Source of the DNA: a virus
Lineage: Duplodnaviria > Caudoviricetes
Strand: one strand, 5' to 3'
DNA: 64,000 bases
IMG/VR virus record: IMGVR_UViG_3300031993_000041
Location: 1-64,000 of that record
The notes beneath the pieces were generated by a model. The model did not search any database and was not told the origin of the DNA. It worked only from the letters and a program-made list of their open reading frames with translations. Below are positions 1-10,388 of the stretch, piece by piece (within the stretch, counting starts at the first letter, position 1; each line of letters opens with the position of its first letter). Position numbers and translations under genes: made by a program.

Positions 1-889
1 CGTATTTGTTCTGCATACCATAAATTACTCCTTGTGCTACTGTATTCTCGCTCGGATATGTCTCGTCTATTTTTTTTGAGTTGTAAACGATATATGTCAA
101 ATCTGTAGTATTTGTAAATATAATATCATCGTTGATATATGATATTGATTTTGAGCAAAATCCGCCAAGACCATTATTGTAGAAGACATTTCCGCCAATA
201 TATAATGTCTTGAAATAAGGAATGTCGTTAGTGTAGTTATGCAGTTCGCCATATATGCTAAAATCGTCCAAATCACCTATTGTTACGGCTTGTTGACGCA
301 AATTTCCGACTATGCTTACAGAATAAAGACCAGTATCTTCTTGTAATTGCAAGTCATTTACGTTGCCGACGATTGATATATATTTTGTATAATTACCGCT
401 ATACAACTTACTGTCAATCATACAATTTGTGATATTACCAACGATTTCAATATAACTATTATAAGAACCGCTATTATTGTTCATTGATAAGAATTTACAG
501 TCGTGTGTATCGCCTACAACATTCCCATTTAAAATGAATCTTACATTATTTTGTATACCAGACTTTTGGATGCAATAGTTAGCCGATGAATGTAAGTATA
601 TATCGCCGTTGATTGTAAGAAGATTGTTTCCTTGCGTGATAAGGTTTGAAACATAATGATGTAGTGACGAATTTATTACTCTTGCGTTATTACCACAAGC
701 CAAAGTGCCTCCAATAACAGAAAAATCTTCTAATTCTCCGTTAGATATACTTTTTGCTGTTATGTCAACATTAAGAGTAACCGTATAGCCATTCAACCAT
801 ACGTCATCATCAGCAGCAGGAACTACACCGCCGTCCCAAGTTGAACTACTGTTCCAGTTTCCATTTTGTATCGCTCGCTTATTCGCCAT
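1..889 (-). CDS. Putative tail-fibre/virion protein with G8-like N-terminus and beta-helix-like repeats (3' end beyond window edge)
   Basis: Not in ORF track. I read an open frame from ATG at 889 to the window edge: MANKRAIQNGNWNSSSTWDGGVVPAADDDVWLNG..., with repeated (I/V)xG(N/D)(I/V) units and YPSENTVAQGVIYG near the edge. AT-rich. Confidence 0.6.
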   Translation of the reverse strand, partial: MANKRAIQNGNWNSSSTWDGGVVPAADDDVWLNGYTVTLNVDITAKSISNGELEDFSVIGGTLACGNNARVINSSLHHYVSNLITQGNNLLTINGDIYLHSSANYCIQKSGIQNNVRFILNGNVVGDTHDCKFLSMNNNSGSYNSYIEIVGNITNCMIDSKLYSGNYTKYISIVGNVNDLQLQEDTGLYSVSIVGNLRQQAVTIGDLDDFSIYGELHNYTNDIPYFKTLYIGGNVFYNNGLGGFCSKSISYINDDIIFTNTTDLTYIVYNSKKIDETYPSENTVAQGVIYGMQNKY

Positions 890-891
890 AG

Positions 892-1059
892 TTATTTCGT
901 GTTATAGTTTCTAATCAGTTCTTCAAGAGCATTGATAAACTTTTGCTCTTTCTCTGTTTTAACAGACACTGTCGCTTTCTTTGAAACTGTTGAGTTTATC
1001 AAGAAAAGAAAACTGTCCTTACTTTCAGTAATGTTGATTAAAATCTGTTTTTCTTCCAT
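892..1059 (-). CDS. Hypothetical 55-aa protein
   Basis: Manual translation MEEKQILINITESKDSFLFLINSTVSKKATVSVKTEKEQKFINALEELIRNYNTK; AAGTT-ATG start context seen at other genes here; fills the gap between neighbours. Confidence 0.6.
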   Translation of the reverse strand: MEEKQILINITESKDSFLFLINSTVSKKATVSVKTEKEQKFINALEELIRNYNTK

Positions 1060-1062
1060 AAC

Positions 1063-2124
1063 TTATATAATTTTATATTTCTTTTTAATTTCAGACCAAA
1101 TCTGATTTTCTTCTATCTTAGTGTTGAGTACCTCGCCTATAGGGCTTACCTGTGAATAATATACCGTCCATACAGGTTCGTTCACCTTACTGCCGTACTT
1201 CGCTTTCCCGTTCACCATAAAGTTTCTGCCGCCAGAATCGGTGTACGTGAATCCCTGGTATATACAGCCGTCATCATACAGTATGACTACAGGCGTCGCT
1301 ATTTTCTGTTCAACTTCTTTCTTCACAAAGCTTTTCTGCGTATCGACGTTTATATCGATGTTCATAAGAGATGAAAGCCTTGCCTTCAAGATTCCTTTCG
1401 AATCCCTGTAGAAGGTCACTGTTCCGTTATCGTTTTCTGGGTTCCTTACATTCTTAAGAGCCTCGTCTATCTCCGCGATAAGCACGCCGTTTTCAAAGCA
1501 AGGCATGAAGGTATTCATGACCATAGAGAAGTCTATCTTAAAATCTTTTTTCGTCGTAGACGTGAATTCCACAGGATATGTCTGCGTATATGATTCAAGC
1601 GGTTTTATTGCGGCGTCGACATTGAACAGACCGACATCAACGGTGAACGCATGAATTCTATGATACAACTTCGATACCACCGATTCTATACATTTGAACA
1701 GCTCGTTTACGTTTGATACGACAATAGTACTTTTGAATGTCAGCGATACCGGAACGAATTCGGTAGTGATACTGCACTCACGCATTACGCCGTTGCACAT
1801 CCTTTTGAATTTGCTTTCCACAAACTTGTTTGTGTTCTTGTTAGTCTCTATCGCTAAGCTTTCAAGTTGTATGACGCATCTTGGAACTGTTTCGTAGTCG
1901 AGCTTCGCAATATCAAGGCCTTCGTAGGCATATATGAATTTGTCCCTTAAGAACTGTTCCTGGCCGGTGACCGAGAACAGGCAAGGGATGTCGACTTTAC
2001 GTATTTCTGTTTCCGATACCTGCTGGTAGAAATACATAAGGTTTTTCATCTCCATAAGAAGCGACCCTATCATTCGACGAACCATTACATCGTCATAATT
2101 GAATTTTTCATTAAATTCAGACAT
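1063..2124 (-). CDS. Tail sheath stabiliser/terminator, T4 gp15-like
   Basis: RRMIGSLL...IRKVDIPCLFSVTGQEQF...VPRCVIQLESL...VPVSLTF pattern typical of gp15 homologues; CATAAATA late-type promoter upstream. Confidence 0.6.
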   Translation of the reverse strand: MSEFNEKFNYDDVMVRRMIGSLLMEMKNLMYFYQQVSETEIRKVDIPCLFSVTGQEQFLRDKFIYAYEGLDIAKLDYETVPRCVIQLESLAIETNKNTNKFVESKFKRMCNGVMRECSITTEFVPVSLTFKSTIVVSNVNELFKCIESVVSKLYHRIHAFTVDVGLFNVDAAIKPLESYTQTYPVEFTSTTKKDFKIDFSMVMNTFMPCFENGVLIAEIDEALKNVRNPENDNGTVTFYRDSKGILKARLSSLMNIDINVDTQKSFVKKEVEQKIATPVVILYDDGCIYQGFTYTDSGGRNFMVNGKAKYGSKVNEPVWTVYYSQVSPIGEVLNTKIEENQIWSEIKKKYKII

Positions 2125-2243
2125 GTCAAAAATGTTTAACTAACATATTTATGGTTCACTCCAAATCTCATCAAACAAGCAAGGGAAAGTTTCCAATATA
2201 AGTTATTAACAGAATATCTGATATTTCCTGCATAAGTTTCTTG

Positions 2244-2251
2244 TATAAATA
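2244..2251 (+). promoter_or_regulatory. T4-late-like promoter TATAAATA (representative; (T/C)ATAAATA also at 2146-, 14497+, 34101-, 35283-, 37105+, 37129-, 39480+, 46967-, 51459-, 59384-, 62073-)
   Basis: Octamer 12-35 nt upstream of structural, lysis and terminase gene starts, always in sense orientation. Confidence 0.75.
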
Positions 2252-2268
2252 GTAAAAGGAAAGTTAGC

Positions 2269-3735
2269 ATGACAGAAAGTTACGACATAGTTCAGATATT
2301 CGCTGCGACGAAGAAACTGCAGGAAATGAACACTGCTCCGAAAGATTCTCCTGCGAATGACAGGCTGTACAGTTCTTCGATAAGCCCGATAATATCTATC
2401 AACGGCATAAACCTTGACGTTCCTGACGTCATTTCGTTCGAGATGCAGATGACGGCATTCGTACCTACGGTAAAAGTTACGTTCAAGGATACGTCAGGCA
2501 TATTCGAGTCAGACTACCTCATTACGAATGACAGCATAATAAGCGTGTTTATCTCGCCTTATGTCTCGCAAGAGCTTCTGCCTATACGGTGCGATTTTAC
2601 GGTATCGTCGTCAGAAGTAACTGGTAAGGAATATTGGGGCACTAATGATGTAAAGATTAGAAAGCTTACAGGCCAGCTCAGAATTCCTGCCTTCTTCAAG
2701 AGGACGTCAAGGGTTTCCGACGATACGTCCTTCAACACCCTCGCAAGCGCCGCAAGGGATTACGGACTTGGATTCTCATCAAATGTCGAGGATACCGATG
2801 ACAAACAAATATGGGTTAATTCGAATTCAGGCTGCCGTATGTTCATAGAGAGTATAATAAACCACTCATACTCCGATGACAATTCTTTCTTCACCGGTTT
2901 CGTTGACTGGTTTTATGACCTCAACTTTGTGGAAGTGAACAGGATATTCTATAACGCGTCAAGGCAGTCGAAGGGAAGCGGCAAGACAATGAAGGTATAT
3001 GCAGTGCAGCTGCCAACAGCAAAGGCTACCGAAGAGGACACTGTTCCTTATAAAGATACGGAATACGCCCTGACAAACGCGTTGTCTGAAAACGTCTGGA
3101 ATAACTACATTGAAACGTATTCTGTCATTATGAGGAACCAGACGACTGAAGGCTACAGGAAATATGTCCAGTATTATGACTATGTCAATGACGAATTCAT
3201 AAGCGAGTATGTAGACCCTATAACAGCAGCCGGCGAAGGCGAGATACCAGTTTCCAAGTCAAGGCTTGATACAGGCGACGCCAACGAGAACCTCAGGGAA
3301 GAAAACATATCGCTTACCGATTACGGCTTTATTACCGACAGCGTGCATAAAAACTATTATTTCGCCGAGACCCAGAATCAGTTCAATATGAATATGTGCA
3401 AGGGATTCGGAATCAAGGTGACGCTGCAGGCATACAATCCATACATAACAATGTATTCAGGTATAAGGGTGAACATCTATGATTACAATACCGGTATCGC
3501 GACTATGAAGAAAGCAGGCGACAACGAAGACCTTTCACCGTCTATGGGCGAAAGCGACGGCAGGGAATCAGGTATGGATGCAAATATGTCCGTATATAAC
3601 GAATCATTGTCAGGCATGTATGTCGTTACGGGCATACGGCTTATATACAACAAGCAGACAGGCATTATGAAAGAGGAGCTCACGCTCAACCGCAGGGAAA
3701 TGAAGCCGCCGACAAGAAGTCTTGTCCGGCAATAA
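2269..3735 (+). CDS. Putative baseplate hub protein (gp27/late control D-like)
   Basis: VPTVKVTFKD N-terminus and LSGMYVVTGIRLIY...EELTLNRRE C-terminus typical of hub proteins; TATAAATA at 2244-2251. Confidence 0.5.
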   Translation: MTESYDIVQIFAATKKLQEMNTAPKDSPANDRLYSSSISPIISINGINLDVPDVISFEMQMTAFVPTVKVTFKDTSGIFESDYLITNDSIISVFISPYVSQELLPIRCDFTVSSSEVTGKEYWGTNDVKIRKLTGQLRIPAFFKRTSRVSDDTSFNTLASAARDYGLGFSSNVEDTDDKQIWVNSNSGCRMFIESIINHSYSDDNSFFTGFVDWFYDLNFVEVNRIFYNASRQSKGSGKTMKVYAVQLPTAKATEEDTVPYKDTEYALTNALSENVWNNYIETYSVIMRNQTTEGYRKYVQYYDYVNDEFISEYVDPITAAGEGEIPVSKSRLDTGDANENLREENISLTDYGFITDSVHKNYYFAETQNQFNMNMCKGFGIKVTLQAYNPYITMYSGIRVNIYDYNTGIATMKKAGDNEDLSPSMGESDGRESGMDANMSVYNESLSGMYVVTGIRLIYNKQTGIMKEELTLNRREMKPPTRSLVRQ

Positions 3736-3753
3736 ATATAAAAACGACATTCA

Positions 3754-6700
3754 ATGGCTAAGAAACAGAAATATGAAAAGATATATGACGCGAGCTCATA
3801 TATGCTTTTGAGGACAAATCCGATACTCACTACAAATGTAAAGCTTGTATACGACGACACCTGCGATGACGTCTATATGAGCGCATACCGTACAGGAAAG
3901 ACTTTATCAGAAGGAAAATATCAGAAATTCCATATAAACGCTGACAGTTCTTTTTATAACGAAGACATAAGGAGATTCTGGAATCATGGTAAAGTCGAGC
4001 TTCCGAGGGAAGTCGTGTACAAGGGGAACCAAGTAGTAAAGGATACGTCTTTCATCAATGATGCTTCGATACAGTTTGAAAGGATGTATACGTCGAAGGC
4101 GTACAGAATGAACGACGGAAAGTTTGCTGCCGAATCAACAATATATCTCAAGAAACAGCTTCCGGACTATATAGTCATATTTAAGATGAAAGGTCCGACA
4201 ACCCTTGCTCATAATGAAAAGGGAGAACTTGTGGAACCTGTAAGCTATGATTTCGTAAAGTCTATGGAAATAGTGAAGACGATAGACATTACCGAGAATA
4301 CCCGTTTTGGACGCTATATAAGAAGATACGTGAACCAAGAGGAATTCTATGATTCTCCGTTTTTGCTTAACGGCAACTCTTTGCTTATAAGAGGTATCGA
4401 TTACAAAAGCGGCTCACTGACTTCCATAACAAAGGATATTTCTAATGTAATACGCCAGGACGCATGCCTTAACGTTGAAAACTGGAAATTCGCGTCAATG
4501 TTCTACGAGAACAATATGGTTGAAATGAACATTCTGAATATCCAAGTCGTATTCGATGACGAACTTGCTGAGCCTTTCGATGTCAACAGATATTTCATAA
4601 TGTTTTGTAACAATATCGAACTTCTGAAGCTTACGCCTGACAGATACGAACTTGTTGACATACCGCATAAAGGCATAGATTATTCAGTCCTTGACTCAAG
4701 CATAACGGTAAACGGCAATAAGACATCTGGTCCGTTATTGAAATTCTCAGACTATGAAGACATACAGGGATTAGTCGAAGAAGGCAAGCCATTGCTGCTT
4801 GACTACAGTGCAAGCGGAAATCAATATCCGAATAAATGCTTCTATACGATGTCTGACAAATATGGCAGGCTGCATGAGGTAAAGCTTCCGGCAATGGCGA
4901 CTTTCGGACAGTATAACAAAGAATATGAATGTATCGAACGTGAAATAGATGCTGAAAAGTTCTGTTCTATGGAAGCTAAATCGTTTCCTGTCAGATACAA
5001 GGCGCTTGAAAGCGAAGCTCATGACGTATTTTGCTTTACGACATATAAGGAAAACTTTTCATTTGTCAGCGGAAGCTGGCTGAAAGTCATAGACACGCTA
5101 TATACCGAAGATGATGACGAATACTGTCCTATAAGCGTCGATTCGTTTTTGAGCGTCGAAGATTTCCAAAAAGCAATAAATGAAAAGAGTTCGTTATTGA
5201 CTGTATATACATACGAAAGCGAAGACAAGATATATGTCTGTCTTAAGAATGCTATGCAGGGCAGCAGACCTTCGATAAAGGTCCTGGTGTCAGAGGAATT
5301 TATGCAGAGCATAACTCCAGAGCTTTCAACATACGAAAAGGTCCAAGCTGGATACTTTCTTAATATGACAGGCGGAACCGATGACGGCCTGAAAGCGATT
5401 GCCGTCAAAAGCTCTCTTGTCAAAGTATTCACGGACGGCAGGAACAGATATGTCGGAATCAATACAGGAAACGAGAATTCTGAAGAAAGCGAAGGTGCAT
5501 GCAGATTCGCAAAAATCATATATGTCAACCGTATGGTATTCGATGACAAGCTGACAGCCTCGAATAACACCGACTATAATTTCACGTTCCTTGAACATAG
5601 TGATGAGAAGACCGGCAGGAATGAACTTGAAGACTATATTTTCCTTACGATAGAATCACCATTGAAAGAACAGTCTGGTACAGTTGAGATATACACGGAA
5701 TTCAAGCCTGTTGTCGGAATGCTGAGCTTCTTCCCAGTAAGGGATATGTTCTCATATAATGATTATGTCGTTTCAGAAGTCGGCAGTGATGTCTCTTTCA
5801 GGTCAGAGGTCGAAAATATAGTTAAGGAAACAGTAAGAAGTAATATCAATGAAGTAAATGTCAATATTACCACTGATGCCGATAACGATGACCTCAACAG
5901 AAGAGGCACCCTTATAGAAAATGCAACGATTATGAGAGATGGTAATATGGTTATGGCAAACATCACAGATAAACCTGACCATCTTTCGACATTGATATTC
6001 ACGACAGATAAAGGAAAGCCTACTGGTAAAGTTGGAGGCGAATATACATATCATGGAGCAAAGAGCAGCATAACACCAATAACAGATTCTGCTATTATAG
6101 GCTTTATGGATATTGTGGATGTGAGGGTCAAAGATAAATTCAAGTATTACCTCAGTCCAGTGAACATAAAGAATTCCGGATATACATGTCAGTTGTTCGA
6201 TTCAAATGAGCAGAGCCTTGACTCTGAATACGGCTATTATGTTGAGAACTACATACCTGAACTTGCAGACGTAAACAGAACTATGAAGGTGATTCCTTTG
6301 TTCTGTTACAGGAATCAAGGTCTTGACGGTCTTTCATATAGGATGAATCTTAATTTTACGAAGATATTCAGGGAAACGAATATCTGTCCAGCCTTGTCTC
6401 TTAATAAGGTGTCAATACTTGACTATACACATGACATAGGATTTTACCTGAACGAATACTACAGCACGAATAACACCCAAGGCAGGGTATATGTCGAAGC
6501 AAAGAAACATTTCGACAGTACCGAGGAATGGATGCAGTTTACTGTCAAAGACTGGGTAAACAAGTTTGTAACAGATGACAACGCTTATTATGATTTATTC
6601 GAAAGCGAGAACCCATATTACCAAAGGTCTATATTTTTCTCCGAAATCTATAATACCGACCTTGGATGCGAGGCGCTGCTTAAAGGCATTAAGTTCAAAA

Positions 6701-8175
6701 TCGGCGAAGCCTATGCCGATGGCACCGCCGCAGACAATTCAGGCTATTTCTGCGGATGGAAGATAACGATACTCAATATACCGATATTCAATGTCGAGGA
6801 ATCAGAAGACTATTCAAAGCTTTCCTGCATCATAAACTACAGGACGAAATACATCCTGTTCCTAAGATTCTTTGAACTGCTTGAAAACGAAGATTCAGAG
6901 TTTATAGAAGACAGCGAAGATGAAAAGGCTATCGAACCGAAAACCTTTACGAGGTCTCTCTTATACATACTCGCTTCAAAATCAGTTGAATACAGTTCTT
7001 ACCAGACAAGGAATGCCTATTCGTTCAAAGAAGCCGTGAACAACATCGAATATAATTTGTTTATAACTGAAGACTCAGAAGAAAGCGAACCTGTTGATGA
7101 AGAGCGTCTGCCTGTCATCAAGGTAGAAGAACCGAAACTGTATAATATCAATGACTTCTTCAAACCTGTAGAAAAGATAGATACCACATACCAGGGAGTC
7201 AACAGATATGTGGACATCCAACAGATAGAGAACCCTGGTGTGCTTTCCATCTACAGATATAACGGAGAATACGAAGTGCAGGCGAAAGACATTATGTATT
7301 TCGTTAATTCTCCGTATGGAAAAAGCGTTGAAAAGAAACTGCCGTATTCGAATACGTTTATCAATATGAGCGTTATGGAGGACCCAGGAGGATTCAACAT
7401 ACCTTTCATATTGAATGAAAGCTATCATAGGCTCATATCAGAAGGAATCACGTTTACAGGCGATACGAAGTATCCGTCAAAGCCGACATATCCTGTAGCT
7501 TATAAACAGACTGATATATTCAAAGACAATCTCTGCACCGACTATTTCATACGTACGACAAATATCTATGACGAAACGTATGACGTGCTTGAGAATATGA
7601 ACAGGCCTGTTGCGAAAGAATCATACGCATATTTCGGCTCTCGCGTTATAAAGCTCCCAGACGCGATAAAAATCGATACCCTTGATACAGGAAGCATAGA
7701 TATGTCAAAACGCGATGTAAGCGATTATATCTATAAAGAAATGAATAAAGACGTCGTTTATAGGGAAACTGATGACGAAATAGAGATTTATCTGCTGCTG
7801 AACAACAGGCTTACAGGCAAAATCATAGACGATACACCTTTGTATGACACACTTATTAAGGGTATGGCCTATGACGAAGCTGAGGATAAAGGCTATCCGT
7901 TCATGGAGGAATATATCAGGAAAAATATCCTTCAATGTTATGCAGTCGGTACGATAAACGTCTACTTGAAACGTACGGTTTCAGACGATGTCAAGAACGA
8001 TTACTCCGATGGAGTTCTCGTACCTGACACCGATAAGGAACAAAAAGGTTATGAGCTGCTTGAAAATCCAGTCTTAAAGGATACAAGGAATCATCTTATT
8101 AAGAAGATTGTAATAACGAAAGAAAAGCATACCGCATATTCTTTCAGCTTCTCGATAGACCTTGTGACCAAATAA
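3754..8175 (+). CDS. Large (1473 aa) probable virion structural protein
   Basis: Long uninterrupted ORF co-oriented with the baseplate gene; no enzyme motifs recognised. Confidence 0.45.
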   Translation: MAKKQKYEKIYDASSYMLLRTNPILTTNVKLVYDDTCDDVYMSAYRTGKTLSEGKYQKFHINADSSFYNEDIRRFWNHGKVELPREVVYKGNQVVKDTSFINDASIQFERMYTSKAYRMNDGKFAAESTIYLKKQLPDYIVIFKMKGPTTLAHNEKGELVEPVSYDFVKSMEIVKTIDITENTRFGRYIRRYVNQEEFYDSPFLLNGNSLLIRGIDYKSGSLTSITKDISNVIRQDACLNVENWKFASMFYENNMVEMNILNIQVVFDDELAEPFDVNRYFIMFCNNIELLKLTPDRYELVDIPHKGIDYSVLDSSITVNGNKTSGPLLKFSDYEDIQGLVEEGKPLLLDYSASGNQYPNKCFYTMSDKYGRLHEVKLPAMATFGQYNKEYECIEREIDAEKFCSMEAKSFPVRYKALESEAHDVFCFTTYKENFSFVSGSWLKVIDTLYTEDDDEYCPISVDSFLSVEDFQKAINEKSSLLTVYTYESEDKIYVCLKNAMQGSRPSIKVLVSEEFMQSITPELSTYEKVQAGYFLNMTGGTDDGLKAIAVKSSLVKVFTDGRNRYVGINTGNENSEESEGACRFAKIIYVNRMVFDDKLTASNNTDYNFTFLEHSDEKTGRNELEDYIFLTIESPLKEQSGTVEIYTEFKPVVGMLSFFPVRDMFSYNDYVVSEVGSDVSFRSEVENIVKETVRSNINEVNVNITTDADNDDLNRRGTLIENATIMRDGNMVMANITDKPDHLSTLIFTTDKGKPTGKVGGEYTYHGAKSSITPITDSAIIGFMDIVDVRVKDKFKYYLSPVNIKNSGYTCQLFDSNEQSLDSEYGYYVENYIPELADVNRTMKVIPLFCYRNQGLDGLSYRMNLNFTKIFRETNICPALSLNKVSILDYTHDIGFYLNEYYSTNNTQGRVYVEAKKHFDSTEEWMQFTVKDWVNKFVTDDNAYYDLFESENPYYQRSIFFSEIYNTDLGCEALLKGIKFKIGEAYADGTAADNSGYFCGWKITILNIPIFNVEESEDYSKLSCIINYRTKYILFLRFFELLENEDSEFIEDSEDEKAIEPKTFTRSLLYILASKSVEYSSYQTRNAYSFKEAVNNIEYNLFITEDSEESEPVDEERLPVIKVEEPKLYNINDFFKPVEKIDTTYQGVNRYVDIQQIENPGVLSIYRYNGEYEVQAKDIMYFVNSPYGKSVEKKLPYSNTFINMSVMEDPGGFNIPFILNESYHRLISEGITFTGDTKYPSKPTYPVAYKQTDIFKDNLCTDYFIRTTNIYDETYDVLENMNRPVAKESYAYFGSRVIKLPDAIKIDTLDTGSIDMSKRDVSDYIYKEMNKDVVYRETDDEIEIYLLLNNRLTGKIIDDTPLYDTLIKGMAYDEAEDKGYPFMEEYIRKNILQCYAVGTINVYLKRTVSDDVKNDYSDGVLVPDTDKEQKGYELLENPVLKDTRNHLIKKIVITKEKHTAYSFSFSIDLVTK

Positions 8176-8892
8176 TCACAAAAGATATTTTTCGAGAGTC
8201 TCTCTAAAATTCTGATTGCAGAAAGTCATTGTCGAGAAGGCAATGATTTTACTACTTTTAGGGAAGTCTCCTCCGTTATACGGCTCTATTACGCTATGGT
8301 AATGCCTGTATATATCGAGACTATCAGTAAACTTGACATGTACGCCTCTGCTGAGAACGTAATTGTAGTAGAGGATGTATATGACGACGCTTGTAAACTC
8401 GACATCATAATTCGAATATCCGCACATGTCAATAAACAGTTGCTTATTGAATATTACAGGCTGATGAGGGTTTATTATGACAGGATTCTTAAACCTGTTA
8501 AGAGTATTATAGACTCTTGACTGATACAAGCCGGTGCCGGACACGGTAGTCTTCAGAATCGGCATGATTTCAGACGGGTCCGTCTCCCTTATGAAAATCT
8601 GGTCATCGGATATGAACAAGAATTCATCTGAAACATCTGGATATGTGTCGAGGACTGTCTTTATCTTATTGATAATATTCGCGTCCTTTGCCGGATATGG
8701 GTCGTCGCAGTCGACGAAAAATACCCTGTCCTTATATTCGTCTGGTATACTTATCCTCGCCTTTGACGAGATAAAAACTCTGTCTGCTCCTTTGAAGTAC
8801 TTCAGCACGCCTATAACGCATAATTCCGCCTCATAGCCGTTGCCGAGCGATGTCTTAGCTAAATTATTATTTAACGGCAATATTACATCCAT
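8176..8892 (-). CDS. Stealth-like / GT-A-fold glycosyl- or phospho-sugar transferase (start probably MDVILPL at 8892)
   Basis: MDVILPL...EAELCVIGVLKYF..ADRVFI...CDDPY..K.ANII.KI...DVSDEFLFISDD pattern with DxD-like motif; later HQP motif. Confidence 0.55.
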   Translation of the reverse strand: MDVILPLNNNLAKTSLGNGYEAELCVIGVLKYFKGADRVFISSKARISIPDEYKDRVFFVDCDDPYPAKDANIINKIKTVLDTYPDVSDEFLFISDDQIFIRETDPSEIMPILKTTVSGTGLYQSRVYNTLNRFKNPVIINPHQPVIFNKQLFIDMCGYSNYDVEFTSVVIYILYYNYVLSRGVHVKFTDSLDIYRHYHSVIEPYNGGDFPKSSKIIAFSTMTFCNQNFRETLEKYLL

Positions 8893-8896
8893 TGCA

Positions 8897-10183
8897 TTAC
8901 TCCTCCTCAAGTCTCATTCTGCTGTAGTCGACATTTATGCCTGTATATACACCTGTTTTCTCACCGTCACGGACTTTTACAATCTTCAGCTTATATTTGT
9001 TATCCTCTTTCATCTGGTCTGATTGTATGATACCGAAAATGTTGTCAGCCGTGTAACCTATCGCCATAGATTCAGACAAGTGCTTGAGGTCGAGGTCGTC
9101 GTTTATTTCGTAACTGCCTCTGTTCGTCTGGCATGCCGTTATACAAACAAGCTCTCTTTTAATCGCAAGAGCCCTCAGGTCCTGCGATATGAATTTCAGG
9201 TTTGTGAACGAGTCAGAAGAGTTAATGTTCCTGAAGTTGCCCATAATACCGAGGTAGTCGACAATAAGAACATGTACCTTGAACCCGAATTTCTCTTCGA
9301 TGTTCCTGATATAGTTGTCAATGTCAACTGTCGTACAGCTGCCGGTAGGATATTGCTTGATATAAAGCTGTCCTATCTTGCCAAGCGTAGACGCACGGAG
9401 TTTCGACAATTCATTTGCAACACCTGACTTCGTAGACACAAGCAGGCTGTATTCGTCACCGGTCATATTAAACAGGTTCCTTGCGATACGCTTCTCTACG
9501 CTCTGCTCCGACATTTCACAGCTTATGAAAACAACATTGTAGCCTTTCTTGATGTAAAACGCGGCGTCATTACACAAGAATACCGATTTACCGATATTCG
9601 TTTTACCGAGATAGCTTGTCAGCGTTCCAAACTCAAGGTCGTTTATCTGTGTCGAAACCTTCTCGAAGGTATACGGCACCGTTCTTGCCGTCCTGGGCTT
9701 ATGAGTATTCTCATCAAAGAAGTTCGTACCGAAATCGCCGTCAAATGATATTGACCTCGTATTGTCTATTATGTCTATACATTTGTTAACGACTTCATTC
9801 GCGTTCTGTAACGATATTTCGGTAGTGGAGTAGAAATCCACAGCCTTCTCCATATTCTTTTTAAGCGATACCATCTGTATGTAGCCTTCGGTAATGCTCT
9901 TCAGCCATTCATCATCTTCTGGGTCCTCGCTGTATATCTGCGATATTGCTTCGTTTACTGATATGTCGATATTACCTTCTTTCTTCATAATGATTGCATT
10001 ACGGAGCTGCTGCTCAGAAGGGACTTCCGAATATTCGTTAAAGAAATTGATAATCATCGCAAGAAGGTCATTCAAGACCTTGTACTTAAACAATTTCTTT
10101 CCTGTATATTTCAGGTACTGCGGATGCTGCAGAATGTAAGAGAGAATGACAATCTCAGTATGCGGGTCTATTTCTCCTATCAT
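8897..10183 (-). CDS. dnaB: Replicative DnaB-family helicase (T4 gp41-like)
   Basis: Walker A GKTNIGKS, SCEM, VLIVDYL, TACQTNR, ESMAIGYTAD, KVRDGE. Confidence 0.92.
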   Translation of the reverse strand: MIGEIDPHTEIVILSYILQHPQYLKYTGKKLFKYKVLNDLLAMIINFFNEYSEVPSEQQLRNAIIMKKEGNIDISVNEAISQIYSEDPEDDEWLKSITEGYIQMVSLKKNMEKAVDFYSTTEISLQNANEVVNKCIDIIDNTRSISFDGDFGTNFFDENTHKPRTARTVPYTFEKVSTQINDLEFGTLTSYLGKTNIGKSVFLCNDAAFYIKKGYNVVFISCEMSEQSVEKRIARNLFNMTGDEYSLLVSTKSGVANELSKLRASTLGKIGQLYIKQYPTGSCTTVDIDNYIRNIEEKFGFKVHVLIVDYLGIMGNFRNINSSDSFTNLKFISQDLRALAIKRELVCITACQTNRGSYEINDDLDLKHLSESMAIGYTADNIFGIIQSDQMKEDNKYKLKIVKVRDGEKTGVYTGINVDYSRMRLEEE

Positions 10184-10326
10184 AGTTATTCATTGGTTTT
10201 ACGATTTCTGGACTAATTATTTTTGTGAAGTCAATAAATTGCTTCATCTTTTTCTTTGAGAAAAGCGATAATTGCTTTTCAGTTATTCTGTCTGTCTCTG
10301 TCATTTTTTCGCTTATTTACTTGGGT

Positions 10327-10349
10327 TATGAGTATATGAAAACAACAGA
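10327..10349 (-). terminator. Putative intrinsic terminator hairpin
   Basis: AGAGTGC/GCACTCT inverted repeat downstream of 10389..11177. Confidence 0.45.
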
Positions 10350-10388
10350 GTGCCGTTCTCACAGCACTCTGCAAAGGATTTCGGAAGA

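Noticed and set aside
10155-10304. 49-aa ORF MTETDRITEKQLSLFSKKK... between the helicase and the 10389 gene
   Set aside because: It overlaps the helicase start by about 30 nt and has no recognisable motif; possible but unsupported.
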